Shown: positions 17,855-27,928 of the stretch, piece after piece
Numbering within the stretch: position 1 is the stretch's first letter
Layout: every line of letters starts with the position of its first letter
NCBI GenBank assembly: GCA_000965745.1
Contig: CP009479.1
Coordinates: 1,120,001 to 1,184,000 of the forward strand
Direction of reading: 5' to 3'
DNA: 64,000 bases
Origin: an uncultured archaeon
Lineage (GTDB): Archaea; Thermoplasmatota; Thermoplasmata; Thermoplasmatales; Thermoplasmataceae
The notes under the pieces: model-generated
Database searches by the model: none
What the model saw: only the letters and a program-made list of their open reading frames with translations
What the model was told of the DNA's origin: nothing
Position numbers and translations under genes: made by a program

Positions 17855-18679
17855 ATGGTTGATTTAAATATGAATTTGCGGAAAGTTATTGGCAATCCTC
17901 TGTCAATAGTTCTCGTGGTATCTCTTTCAGTTCTTGTGATATTCTCCGCATATTCAAACCAGCTGCCTCCGATTAGTGTTGTGGAGTCCGGAAGCATGCA
18001 GCATTCAAGCACATGGACCCCCGGAGTCATAAACACAGGCGACCTGATAATGGAGAAAAAGGTTTCAAATCCCGTGCAGGATGTTGTCACCTACGTTCAG
18101 GGAAGGAGCACGAATTTCACGACATATGGCGATTACGGGGAAGTCATATTGTATGATGCACCCGGTAACTATAGCATTGTCCACAGGGCTATGTTCTACC
18201 TTGATTGGAACGGAACCTATCCTGTAGTGGTCGGGTACAGCGGCCAGAGCTGGATCAATATAACACGTGGCGAGGTGATAATCAAAGATGTCGGATACAG
18301 CCACAGAAATCTCATCGTTTCAGTGAGCAGTTTTGTAGGTCAGAGTGGATTCATAACAATGGGGGACAACAATCTTGGCACCTCAAGCTTGAATGTTTCC
18401 ACAGGGGGGGCATTCATTGCAGCGGACCAGAACATATTCGGCTTCTCGCCAATTAAGCCGTCCAGCGTGACAGGGATAGCATACGGCCATATCCCGTGGG
18501 CAGGATTGATTAAGCTGAATATAATGCGTGTTCAGGGCGACTGGCAATATTATAATGACGTCCCTCAGTACAGCTACTTCTATCTCTCACTTTCAATCTC
18601 CGCTATTCTGGCAGGCTTGATCGTATCGCTCTATCTTCTTGACAGGAACGGCAAAAAGAAGGCTCTGAGACGGAATTAG
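17855..18679 (+). CDS. Signal peptidase I (S26, archaeal type)
   Basis: VVESGSM, GD, IVHRA, TMGDNN; terminal TM helices. Confidence 0.88.
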   Translation: MVDLNMNLRKVIGNPLSIVLVVSLSVLVIFSAYSNQLPPISVVESGSMQHSSTWTPGVINTGDLIMEKKVSNPVQDVVTYVQGRSTNFTTYGDYGEVILYDAPGNYSIVHRAMFYLDWNGTYPVVVGYSGQSWINITRGEVIIKDVGYSHRNLIVSVSSFVGQSGFITMGDNNLGTSSLNVSTGGAFIAADQNIFGFSPIKPSSVTGIAYGHIPWAGLIKLNIMRVQGDWQYYNDVPQYSYFYLSLSISAILAGLIVSLYLLDRNGKKKALRRN

Positions 18680-19656
18680 CCTCTTGTAAGGTTTGCGCCT
18701 TTGGCGACTTTGAGAGGAACCGGATCGGAGTCGTATTTTAGCGCTTCTTCCATGACCATTTTGTAGTTCTTCTTTTCAACCGGGACAAAGACGTTTGAGC
18801 CCCCGGTAACGATGTAACTCATCCAGGCCCCAGACCTCATTTCCTTGACCCTCTCTATAAAGGTTCTCATTTCAGGGGTAATAACATGCACCCCCACACT
18901 TTCTATCAGCCGGTGGTACTCATCCGTATCAGACATTGCCAGCTCGAAAATGCCTTTGACATCATTTTCTTCAGCGAGTTTCTGAAGCTTCTCCCCCTTC
19001 TTCCGGGTATTTTCAACCCTTTTTCCGTATTCAGGGCTTTTCACTACGTTCTCATGAATCCTGTCGGAAGGCTTCCTCTGTGTGTTGAACCTGCAGCCAA
19101 CGATTACATAATCCCTGAAGGAATCGGCATCGAGAAGCTTCTCCGTGTAGGGAAGTTCAGCCTCCCTTGTTATGGTCAGTCCACCATAAACACTTCTGCC
19201 TACACTTTCAGAAATCATTCTCAGCTCGTTCTCAAATTTATTCCACTCCATGGGCTGGCGGCAAAGCCCTTCTACACATTTTCCTATGGCAGCCGCCGCT
19301 CCATCGGAACTTCCGCTCAAAACCCCAACGTTTCTTGACTCAAATGAAAGCCTGACCTTATCTTCCTCAAGGCTGTTGTTTCTGGCAATTAAACCCCGGT
19401 ACCTGTTTATGAGCTTGAATGGTGATCTGCTGCCGCTCAGGTCAACTCTGTCGCCATTGATGTACCCCGCTTCCATTGAAGATGAAAAAAGCCTTGTTTC
19501 AACAAATATCTCATCGTCGAGCCCTGTGTAGGCAAATCCGGCTGAAGTATGCCTTGGGATCCTGCGATCCTTGTCTGATATTCCCCCGAGCAGTATTATG
19601 CCGACAGTAGGGTAGGCCCTGGAAGTAACTGAGATTTCCTGCATGGATTTGGACAT
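18676..19656 (-). CDS. Mevalonate-3-kinase (Thermoplasma-type MVA pathway, GHMP/MVD-like)
   Basis: AYPTVGIILLGG...HTSAG, LSGSSD, SESVGRS.YGG, VTGGSNV match recalled Ta1305 sequence. Confidence 0.85.
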   Translation of the reverse strand: MSKSMQEISVTSRAYPTVGIILLGGISDKDRRIPRHTSAGFAYTGLDDEIFVETRLFSSSMEAGYINGDRVDLSGSRSPFKLINRYRGLIARNNSLEEDKVRLSFESRNVGVLSGSSDGAAAAIGKCVEGLCRQPMEWNKFENELRMISESVGRSVYGGLTITREAELPYTEKLLDADSFRDYVIVGCRFNTQRKPSDRIHENVVKSPEYGKRVENTRKKGEKLQKLAEENDVKGIFELAMSDTDEYHRLIESVGVHVITPEMRTFIERVKEMRSGAWMSYIVTGGSNVFVPVEKKNYKMVMEEALKYDSDPVPLKVAKGANLTRG

Positions 19657-19770
19657 CGCCCTTTCAGTGATAGGTATATGTTAAAACTTTCTCATGGTAT
19701 TTCACGAATGCACAGTAAAGGTTTCAAGAAAGATTAATAGAAGTCGATCCGCTTTTGCATTCCGATTAAA

Positions 19771-21111
19771 TTGATGGCCAACGATGAAGTTTCTTCGATG
19801 ATGGCCCAACTGGGCATTAGCGATATTGACGAACTTTTCAGGGACATACCGCAGAGTATCAGAAAAAAGAGTATAGATCTGGATGATGGCATCAGTGAAT
19901 TTGAGATTATCAGGAAAGCAGAAGAGAGGGCCGCCAGAAACAGTGGATACAACTTCATCAAATTCCTGGGCTGCGGGATATATGACAGGGTCATCCCGTC
20001 CGCAGTTGACTCAATAATTGGCCGATCTGAATTTCTTACATCCTACACCCCATACCAGCCGGAAATCTCGCAGGGAATGCTCCAGTCAATGTACGAGTAC
20101 CAGAGCATAATGTCCGATCTCAACGGAATGGATGTTACCAACTCATCAATGTACGACGGATTCACTGCTCTGGGAGAGGCAGTGAGAATGGCCTACAGGA
20201 TCAATGGAAAATCCGAGATTCTGGTCCCGGAAAATATGTACCAGAGCAAGACGGATGTTATCAGGAGTTACATCTGGGGCCTGGGCATCAAACTCATCCC
20301 GTACAGGATTAACAGGGATACGGGCTACGTAGACATGGAGGATGTTCAGGGAAAACTGAATGACAACACAGGGGCAATCGTAGCTGAGAACCCAAATGCT
20401 TATGGAATCCTTGACGAAAATGTCCTCCATCTTAACGATATAAAGAGGCAATCACTTCTAATCACCTATTTCGACCCGATCTCATTGGGGGCTGTAAAGC
20501 CGCCAGGAAGCTACGGAACAGATATTGCTGTGGCCGACGGGCAGCAGCTCGGGATCCACCCATTCCTTGGAGGTCCCTTGCTCGGAATCATGTCATTCAG
20601 GAAGGAGTATGCCAGAAAATCACCGGGCAGAATAATCGGCGAATCGATAGACAGGGACGGCAAGAAGGCATATGTTATGACCCTTCAGACAAGGGAGCAG
20701 CACATCAGGAGGGAGAAGGCCATGAGCAATATATGCACGAATCAGGCACTGATGGCACTGGCAGCAGCAGTTTACGTATCCACACTCGGTGCACCAGGAC
20801 TCAGGAAAGTTGCCCTTACTACCATGGGGCGAAGCAGGAAACTGAGGACCACAATCTCAGGCATTGACGGATTCGACGCAGACCTGTTCAGTGGAACAAG
20901 CTTTTCGGATGTTCCGGTCAAGTCCAGCCATCCCGTAGTAAAAATAAGGAAGCATCTTCATGATAACAGGATACTGGGGGCTGTTCCACTGGCGAAACTC
21001 ATGCCTGCAATGGAGAAACATTTCCCGGACACCTCTTTCTTCTCGGTTACGGAGAAGAATGACACAAGCCAGATTGAAACTCTCAAGGAAAAACTGGAGG
21101 AGATCCAATGA
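19771..21111 (+). CDS. gcvPA: Glycine dehydrogenase (decarboxylating) subunit 1
   Basis: SYTPYQPEISQG, NSSMYDG, LQTREQHIRREKA.SNICTNQ. Confidence 0.95.
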   Translation: MMANDEVSSMMAQLGISDIDELFRDIPQSIRKKSIDLDDGISEFEIIRKAEERAARNSGYNFIKFLGCGIYDRVIPSAVDSIIGRSEFLTSYTPYQPEISQGMLQSMYEYQSIMSDLNGMDVTNSSMYDGFTALGEAVRMAYRINGKSEILVPENMYQSKTDVIRSYIWGLGIKLIPYRINRDTGYVDMEDVQGKLNDNTGAIVAENPNAYGILDENVLHLNDIKRQSLLITYFDPISLGAVKPPGSYGTDIAVADGQQLGIHPFLGGPLLGIMSFRKEYARKSPGRIIGESIDRDGKKAYVMTLQTREQHIRREKAMSNICTNQALMALAAAVYVSTLGAPGLRKVALTTMGRSRKLRTTISGIDGFDADLFSGTSFSDVPVKSSHPVVKIRKHLHDNRILGAVPLAKLMPAMEKHFPDTSFFSVTEKNDTSQIETLKEKLEEIQ

Positions 21112-22538
21112 GCTATCATCAGGCCGAATATGATGAGCCTCTCATCAAGGATATGAAGTCAGGCACGACATACAGGACTCCGGGGGATGATCTTGAAGAC
21201 TCTCCTGTACCGGAGTCTCTTCTCCGTGAAAGTCTTGACCTTCCCGATGTTGCTGAATTTGACGTTGTAAGGCATTATACAAGGCTATCCCAGATGAACT
21301 ACGGTGTTGATATCGGGATGTACCCACTGGGTTCGTGCACCATGAAATACAACCCCAAATTTGCCGACCAGATATCAGCAATGGGAGAATTCAGTGAACT
21401 GCACCCATTCCAGGAGGAGGGTGACATACAGGGGGCACTTATGGTGATGTTCGAGCTTCAGCATGCCCTCATTAAAATTTCCGACATGGATGCAATAACA
21501 CTCCAGCCTCTTGCCGGTGCACAGGGAGAGTACACCGGAATTCTGATAGCAAAGAAATACCTGGAAGCAACAGGCCAGCTGGACAAGAGAAGAGAGATCA
21601 TAGTTCCTGATTCTGCACATGGGACAAACCCGGCTTCTGCATCCATGGCCGGCTTTGACGTGGTTGAAATACCATCCAACGGTGATGGCACCGTGAACCT
21701 CGAAGCCCTTGACGCGGCACTGTCCGGGAATACTGCAGTTTTTATGATTACAAACCCGAACACCCTCGGGATCTTCGAAGGACACATTGAAAAAGTTGCC
21801 AAACTTGTTCATGACGCAGGGGCAGTTCTTTACTACGATGGTGCAAACCTCAACGCCATAATGGGAAAAACTTCCCCGGGCCTTATGGGATTTGACATTG
21901 TACACTTCAATCTGCACAAGACATTTGCAACACCGCATGGAGGTGGTGGACCAGGATCAGGCCCCGTTGCAGTCAAAGGGTTCCTGAGAGACTACCTTCC
22001 TGTCCCCATTATAGGCAAGGAAGGTGACAGGTATTTCCTGGACTATTCAATGCCGCACAGCATCGGGAAAGTGGCACCGTACTTCGGCTCCTTTGCAATG
22101 CACCTCAGGGCTTGGGCATACATCACCTATCATGGGGCAGACGGCCTCACCAGAAACACTGAAAGGGCAGTACTCAACACCAATTACCTCGCAAGCAAGC
22201 TGAAAGATACATTCAGCATTCCGTTCAGCCCACTGAAAAAACATGAGCTAGTTCTCTCAACAGAAAACACGGGAAAGAGGGCCCTGGAAATAGCAAAATA
22301 CCTTCTAGATGATGGCATTCACCCACCCACTGTCTATTTCCCGCTTATTGTCCATGAGGATATGATGATCGAGCCCACTGAATCTGTAAGCAAGCGTGAT
22401 CTGGATTTCTATGCTGAAGCTATGAAAAGAGCTGCCAAAGTTGACGAGGACGAGCTCAAGAAGCACCCGCTGAATCTCCCCGTAAAGAGGATAGATGAAG
22501 TGAGGGCGGCAAGGCAGCTGGTTCTCAAGTGGTCATGA
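21108..22538 (+). CDS. gcvPB: Glycine dehydrogenase (decarboxylating) subunit 2
   Basis: YPLGSCTMKYNP, SAHGTNPASA, NLHKTFATPHGGGGPG. Confidence 0.95.
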   Translation: MSYHQAEYDEPLIKDMKSGTTYRTPGDDLEDSPVPESLLRESLDLPDVAEFDVVRHYTRLSQMNYGVDIGMYPLGSCTMKYNPKFADQISAMGEFSELHPFQEEGDIQGALMVMFELQHALIKISDMDAITLQPLAGAQGEYTGILIAKKYLEATGQLDKRREIIVPDSAHGTNPASASMAGFDVVEIPSNGDGTVNLEALDAALSGNTAVFMITNPNTLGIFEGHIEKVAKLVHDAGAVLYYDGANLNAIMGKTSPGLMGFDIVHFNLHKTFATPHGGGGPGSGPVAVKGFLRDYLPVPIIGKEGDRYFLDYSMPHSIGKVAPYFGSFAMHLRAWAYITYHGADGLTRNTERAVLNTNYLASKLKDTFSIPFSPLKKHELVLSTENTGKRALEIAKYLLDDGIHPPTVYFPLIVHEDMMIEPTESVSKRDLDFYAEAMKRAAKVDEDELKKHPLNLPVKRIDEVRAARQLVLKWS

Positions 22539-22877
22539 ACTGAGTTCTTTCCTCTCAGAATTTTCTGAAAGGAACTCTTCTATCTTTTTGGAGAGGCTCT
22601 CACCGATTTTTACGCCATTTTTAGATGCCTGTTTAAGCTCTTCCCGAATCTGATTGGCCGTTCTGAACAGCTCGTTGTAGGAGAAGTTTACCTTGTATGT
22701 TACGTTGCCAAGGAGCGTTTTCAGCCTTCCGGCCTTCACTGTTTCCTTCTCGAAGGAATCATAGCTTTTCACCAGCTTTTTGGCTGATTCGAGGTAATCG
22801 GACTCATGCTCATCCAGTTCCCTGATCTCATCTTCGGAAAGGCTCATCAGCCTCTTCACGGCATCAATCTCTTCCAT
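22533..22877 (-). CDS. Hypothetical helical protein
   Basis: Charged 114-aa ORF coupled to upstream ORF. Confidence 0.65.
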   Translation of the reverse strand: MEEIDAVKRLMSLSEDEIRELDEHESDYLESAKKLVKSYDSFEKETVKAGRLKTLLGNVTYKVNFSYNELFRTANQIREELKQASKNGVKIGESLSKKIEEFLSENSERKELSS

Positions 22878-23067
22878 CTTTGCCCTCCGTAAGTTCTGCC
22901 AGTTTCCTCAGGAGGTTCTCGCCCAGCTCAATCTCGTCCAGGACCTGGTCCAGAAGTATCTCAGCCTCGCTAACCTGCTTTTCCAGGCGCTTTACCTCTT
23001 CTTCAACCTCTCGTATCTTTTTATCGTAGTATTGAGTCTCCTCGTCCATTCTGTCCTCTAGCGACAT
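22864..23067 (-). CDS. Small coiled-coil protein
   Basis: Heptad E/K/L pattern. Confidence 0.65.
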   Translation of the reverse strand: MSLEDRMDEETQYYDKKIREVEEEVKRLEKQVSEAEILLDQVLDEIELGENLLRKLAELTEGKDGRD

Positions 23068-23173
23068 TACAGTGCTGGGATTATGACATGATATTTATTT
23101 TCACGTCGGGTTTTCAGGAACTTTCAGTATACACAAATTCAATATTATTATAGGAACCTGTCATTCCCCATTC

Positions 23174-23980
23174 GTGTCCTCCATAGAGCTTGACGTCATC
23201 TACGATCCCGACGAAATCGGCAAAATAGTCCCAGTTATAAGTTCAGCCTGGGGAATGGAATCCGTTGGAACCCTTATCAAGGACATAGTATCGGCGATGC
23301 GGTATCATGGCGGTGTAGTGATAGGCGCCTACGAGAATTCAAAGATGGTTGGCATGCATTTCAGCTTTCCCGGGTATAGGAAAGGGAAGGTGTACCTGTA
23401 CTCTCATATGACAGGGGTGGTGAGCGGCCTGAAATATTCAGGAATAGGCTATCAGCTCAAGATGAAGCAGAAGGAATGGGCACTGGACAACGGATATGAC
23501 CTGATCGCCTGGACGTATGATCCCATCATGAGCCTCAATGCCAATTTCAACCTCAGGAAACTGGGGACAATTGCAAGAAGCTACATTGACAATTTTTATG
23601 GCACCATGGAGGATTCCATAAACTTCGGGATACCGACAGACCGTGTTGTGACTGAGTGGTGGATCAGGAAAGAGAAGAAGGTTGACTCTGGTGGATTTGC
23701 CCCAATCAACCCATTCGAATCTGAATACTCCTTTGATTTTTCATTCGACAAGGAAAATCTGCCACCAAAGGCGATGGTACAGATTCCGGGCAATTTTGTG
23801 GAGGTAAAGAAAAAAGACAGGGAGGTTGCAGTTAACTGGAGGATGTACCTGAGGAAAGTTCTCAGGTCCCTGTTCTCAAAGGGCTACACTGCGGTTGGTT
23901 TCGATCCCCGAAAGAACGCATATCTTCTCGAGAAGGGCTGTGATTTCCCCGGAAAGGAGAACCCTTCGGTCTTCGGCTGA
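23174..23980 (+). CDS. GNAT-family acetyltransferase
   Basis: LYSHMTGV...GIGYQLK..QKEWAL...WTYDP...NA.FN..KLG. Confidence 0.85.
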   Translation: MSSIELDVIYDPDEIGKIVPVISSAWGMESVGTLIKDIVSAMRYHGGVVIGAYENSKMVGMHFSFPGYRKGKVYLYSHMTGVVSGLKYSGIGYQLKMKQKEWALDNGYDLIAWTYDPIMSLNANFNLRKLGTIARSYIDNFYGTMEDSINFGIPTDRVVTEWWIRKEKKVDSGGFAPINPFESEYSFDFSFDKENLPPKAMVQIPGNFVEVKKKDREVAVNWRMYLRKVLRSLFSKGYTAVGFDPRKNAYLLEKGCDFPGKENPSVFG

Positions 23981-23981
23981 T

Positions 23982-24812
23982 CTAAAGGGCTTTGTATCTT
24001 TTCAGGGAGACCTCGTAAATTTCACCATCAGATCCAAGGGCATTGAGAATCTCATCTACTTCCGTCTGCTCCATCCCCTGGTTTGAGGCTGCTATGACAA
24101 CATCCTCATATCTGCACCCCTTGCCGTCTGTATCATTGTCCCGGACATATTCCAGGACAAATTTCTTCGTCTCTGTCGACTGGGAAGATGGCTTTATGAG
24201 CGAGTCAATAACTCCCTGGGCGACTTCCTGAAACCTCTGGAAGTCGTACTCCTTGTATTGCTGCTTCGCCCTCATGGCATCCTCTGCTTCCTCACGGCTG
24301 TAACCCAGCTTTGAAAGGCCATCCTCGTCGGGGGTCTCGCTTTTCATCGCTTCCCGGATTGCATAGAGTTTCCTCTTTGCAACGTATGCGGTCCGGAGAT
24401 TCCAGAAATCCACTGCTGTGCTGTCAGCCCTGGCAACGAATTCGGGGTTTATGTTGAAGTAGTAGACTCCGTCATCTGTCCGGAAAGGGTTAATCCTTCC
24501 CATTATCGTGACAAGCGTTTCGGTCTCAAGGCCGTCAAGGTCATTCTTCTGCTCTATGTTGAAGTCGTTGGCAAATGCATTTACATAGAAAGTTCCGGTT
24601 GCATCAGAGACTGCGACCTTTGTGAGGTTCTCCTCGGAATTCTTTGACGTGACGGTTCCGGTAATGAGGATCCTTTTTGCCCTGGTTCCAAGTGGCGTTA
24701 TAACATACGGCTTTCCCTTCTCGTCAGGGTCCTTCTCCTCTATCATCATGCAGTCCTTGAGCTCCTTGGCAAATATCCACTTTGCCGGCTCCCTCTTCTT
24801 GGGGGCAATCAT
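23982..24812 (-). CDS. RPA-associated OB-fold protein (RPA32-like) with C-terminal wH
   Basis: REPAKWIFAKEL, ITPLG..RILITG, DATGTF; follows RPA gene. Confidence 0.8.
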   Translation of the reverse strand: MIAPKKREPAKWIFAKELKDCMMIEEKDPDEKGKPYVITPLGTRAKRILITGTVTSKNSEENLTKVAVSDATGTFYVNAFANDFNIEQKNDLDGLETETLVTIMGRINPFRTDDGVYYFNINPEFVARADSTAVDFWNLRTAYVAKRKLYAIREAMKSETPDEDGLSKLGYSREEAEDAMRAKQQYKEYDFQRFQEVAQGVIDSLIKPSSQSTETKKFVLEYVRDNDTDGKGCRYEDVVIAASNQGMEQTEVDEILNALGSDGEIYEVSLKRYKAL

Positions 24813-25936
24813 AGTTCCACCTCCATCTCTCTGATGAACGACTTCACATCGTCCCGGGATATCCTCGAGATGTCAGATACCCTTAAGGAAAGCCCGTTGT
24901 TGCCCTCAGCAAGGTCGCCTTCAAGGATGAACGGCTTTCCGTGCAATTCCTTTCGAATGCTGCTGTACACTTCCCTCTTGGTCAGGCTACTGCTGGCAGG
25001 GTCCAGATCGGATTCCTGCATTCCAAGCAGCTTCATCAGGGCTTCCCTTCCGCTTGTGCACTGGATATAACCTGTTCCATCAGACAGGGTGAAATAAGCG
25101 AAAAGATCGTAAATGAAAGGTGCCGAGGGGTGATCAGGACACCTCACATCCTCAATAGTCTTCCTGCACTCAGAGCATCTCAGCCTAAGCCCGCTCTTTT
25201 CCCCCAATGATATGATAAAACCTGAAAATGAAACTCCCCCGACTGGGGAGCCAAGGTCTGAAATGTTGTATAACCTCCTCCCGGGAGGGGGAGCAACGTT
25301 GACCTCGCCGATCTTTGTTTTTTCATTTACTGAGATTCTTATCCTCCCCTTGTACTCGGAGACCTTTGCACCCTCTATCTTTACGCCGGTGCCTTCGGGA
25401 AGGGATCTGCCGAAGGATGAAACCCTCACTTTCCCGGTTTCATCAGCAATGTCCCCGAAATAGACCTTCCTGGTCTCACCATCCCTCTCGTATTCCCTGG
25501 ACCTGACGTCAGAGATTATTCCCTGAACAGTAACATAGGGGTCCCTGGTGCTGAGATCCTTTATCTTTGCCTCCTTGAAACTGCGCTTGACTTCCATCTT
25601 CTCCTCCGGAAGAAGAATTATTTCCGATCTGTTGTCAAGATACAGCCTCAGGGTGCCATTGAACTCCTTTGTGTAGCAGTTCTTCAGCTCCAGGACATCA
25701 CCTGCCTGAACGTTGGGGTTAAAACTCCATGCAGTGAAAAACATGGTCCCGGTCTCATCACCAAGAAGCCCATAATGGTAAACATTCTCTCCCTTGTCTG
25801 ACTTCGTGGTGCGCTTCTCTACATTAATCAGTTTTATCTTCAGTGAGAGGTTCTTTTCCTCTCCCTTGATCTCCTCGATCTTCTTGAAATCCAAATTAAC
25901 CCTCCTATCCGTAAAGCCTGTCTTCGGTTTCTCCAT
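24809..25936 (-). CDS. rpa: Replication protein A large subunit (OB folds + Zn finger)
   Basis: Repeated GDETG/ADETG/SDGTG OB-fold motifs, CSEC..C..H. Confidence 0.85.
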   Translation of the reverse strand: MEKPKTGFTDRRVNLDFKKIEEIKGEEKNLSLKIKLINVEKRTTKSDKGENVYHYGLLGDETGTMFFTAWSFNPNVQAGDVLELKNCYTKEFNGTLRLYLDNRSEIILLPEEKMEVKRSFKEAKIKDLSTRDPYVTVQGIISDVRSREYERDGETRKVYFGDIADETGKVRVSSFGRSLPEGTGVKIEGAKVSEYKGRIRISVNEKTKIGEVNVAPPPGRRLYNISDLGSPVGGVSFSGFIISLGEKSGLRLRCSECRKTIEDVRCPDHPSAPFIYDLFAYFTLSDGTGYIQCTSGREALMKLLGMQESDLDPASSSLTKREVYSSIRKELHGKPFILEGDLAEGNNGLSLRVSDISRISRDDVKSFIREMEVEL

Positions 25937-26516
25937 TGTTTGCTACTGGATAAACCTGGCTGATTATCTCTTCCGCATCCTCTTTATTTATTCCAATTTT
26001 TCCCACAAGTATGTTCTCAATATCCTGTTTCGTCTTCCCCTGTTTCACAAAATCCCCGATCATCTTGAACATCCACTGGAGGATCTGCTGGTTGAACTCC
26101 TCCTCAATACGGAGTGCATTTGCCATTATGTAGAGGGAAGTGAGGAGCAGATTCAGGCTCACATCTATCTTGTCCTTGGTCACCTCGTCAATCGGGAGAT
26201 CGACCCTTAAAGTTATTTCCTCATTCATTCCGGCCAGCATGAACTTTACATGTTCTATCTGCCTGTTCAACATAAGCAGAGTCCTGTATATGGCCAGCCT
26301 CGGCTCACTCTCGATAACTGCAGTCTCTATTTCCGTCCTCATGAACATCTGCACGCTCTTGTTCAGAAACAGCATATGGATCTTGAAAGGTACGTGCTTA
26401 TGATCAAGTATCAGATAATCGCCATGTTTCTTAATCTTCCAGGGGAGGTCAATAAGCTTTTCAGATTCATCATCTCCTGCTGCAAGCCAGGAAATGATCT
26501 TTTCTTTTATATCCAT
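25905..26516 (-). CDS. Hypothetical protein (YbjN/CesT-like fold possible)
   Basis: YRTLLMLNR...VKF pattern. Confidence 0.65.
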   Translation of the reverse strand: MDIKEKIISWLAAGDDESEKLIDLPWKIKKHGDYLILDHKHVPFKIHMLFLNKSVQMFMRTEIETAVIESEPRLAIYRTLLMLNRQIEHVKFMLAGMNEEITLRVDLPIDEVTKDKIDVSLNLLLTSLYIMANALRIEEEFNQQILQWMFKMIGDFVKQGKTKQDIENILVGKIGINKEDAEEIISQVYPVANNGETEDRLYG

Positions 26517-26713
26517 TAAATCATTAAATTATACTCTAGTTTCATATATTGTTTTCTAGATACAACGCGACAGTCTACTATATACAATTCAGGCAATTCT
26601 TCAATAAAGGTCAGTAATGGCGGATTGCAGTCATCTATGATTTATAAGGGATAAAGCACTTCCGAAAGAATCAGGGGGTTATCACTACGTACAGTACTAG
26701 ATTCGCAGGCACC

Positions 26714-27832
26714 ATGATAATGCTTTCCCGTCTAGTATACGCGATGAACTGGTATAACCTGTCTCCTGCCATAGGCCAGATATCGAGGGCATTTGGAGTG
26801 AACTTTGCCGAAACGAGCCTCCTGTTTTCCTTCTTTCTCTTTGGGGCGGGAACATTCCAGATACCTGCGGGCATACTTGCTACCAGAATCGGGTCAAAGA
26901 AGGTTGCCATGAGCGGATTGTTCGTGATGGCGTTTACTGCAATACTTTCAACTTTTTCACCAAGCTATTTTGCCCTCATAACTCTGAGATTCATCACCGG
27001 GTTCGCTGCTGCATTTTTCTTCTCTTCGGCAATAGGAATACTCAACGAACTCTACCAGAGGGACATTACCAAAATGGTGGGAATATACAACGGCTTCTTC
27101 GCTATCGGTGGTGGCGTTGGCATATTCCTTTTCACCCCTATTGTGAACTCGATGGGCTGGAGGATGGGATTTCTTATTGCAGGACTTGTGACACTAGTTG
27201 TGGCTGCGGTCACGACATACAGCCTGCCGAAAACACGCATAACTGGAAAATTCAACATGAAGGCAGTGACTGAGAGGCTGACAGACAAGACAATATGGCT
27301 CGTCGCCCTTGGCCTGGACGGCCTGTGGGGGCTGAACTTCACTTTCTCCGAGTATTTCAAGTCGTATGCGATATTCATAGGCCAGCCAGAAATAATTGCA
27401 GGCTTGATGGGCGGCATGATCCTTTTCCTTGGAATTGTAGGGGGCTACCTTACTGGGGCTTTGAGGAAGTACAGCCCGTTGAGGACAGTTTCGATTCTTA
27501 CAACAATCGTGGGGGCCTCCATTGCAGTCATTCCTTTCCTGGCCGGCTACACAATATGGATGCCGGTGATTCTTGACGGGGTGTTCTCTGTCGTGATAGT
27601 GTCAATGGAATACGGCATACTGATCAGGCTGAACAAGGACCCGCGTTATGTCCCTCTGAGTCTGGGAACAGTCAACTCAATACAGATAGGCTTCGGGTCC
27701 CTCATTCCATTTGCATTTGCATTCCTGAACAAGGGAAATTACACTTTCTCCTGGATATTCCTGGGGCTGCTTTCAATTGTGCTCCTCCCACTCCTCTGGC
27801 TTGAGCTGAGGAACAAGCACGTTGAAACGTGA
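26714..27832 (+). CDS. MFS transporter
   Basis: About 12 TM, G.LA.RIG.K motif A. Confidence 0.88.
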   Translation: MIMLSRLVYAMNWYNLSPAIGQISRAFGVNFAETSLLFSFFLFGAGTFQIPAGILATRIGSKKVAMSGLFVMAFTAILSTFSPSYFALITLRFITGFAAAFFFSSAIGILNELYQRDITKMVGIYNGFFAIGGGVGIFLFTPIVNSMGWRMGFLIAGLVTLVVAAVTTYSLPKTRITGKFNMKAVTERLTDKTIWLVALGLDGLWGLNFTFSEYFKSYAIFIGQPEIIAGLMGGMILFLGIVGGYLTGALRKYSPLRTVSILTTIVGASIAVIPFLAGYTIWMPVILDGVFSVVIVSMEYGILIRLNKDPRYVPLSLGTVNSIQIGFGSLIPFAFAFLNKGNYTFSWIFLGLLSIVLLPLLWLELRNKHVET

Positions 27833-27928
27833 TCAAGCATCAGACCTGAAGTGCGTAATTAGTATTCCTCATTTCAGGGCCTATCAGGAGATTTAAATAC
27901 CTTCAGTTAAATCAATTGGTACAGGATA

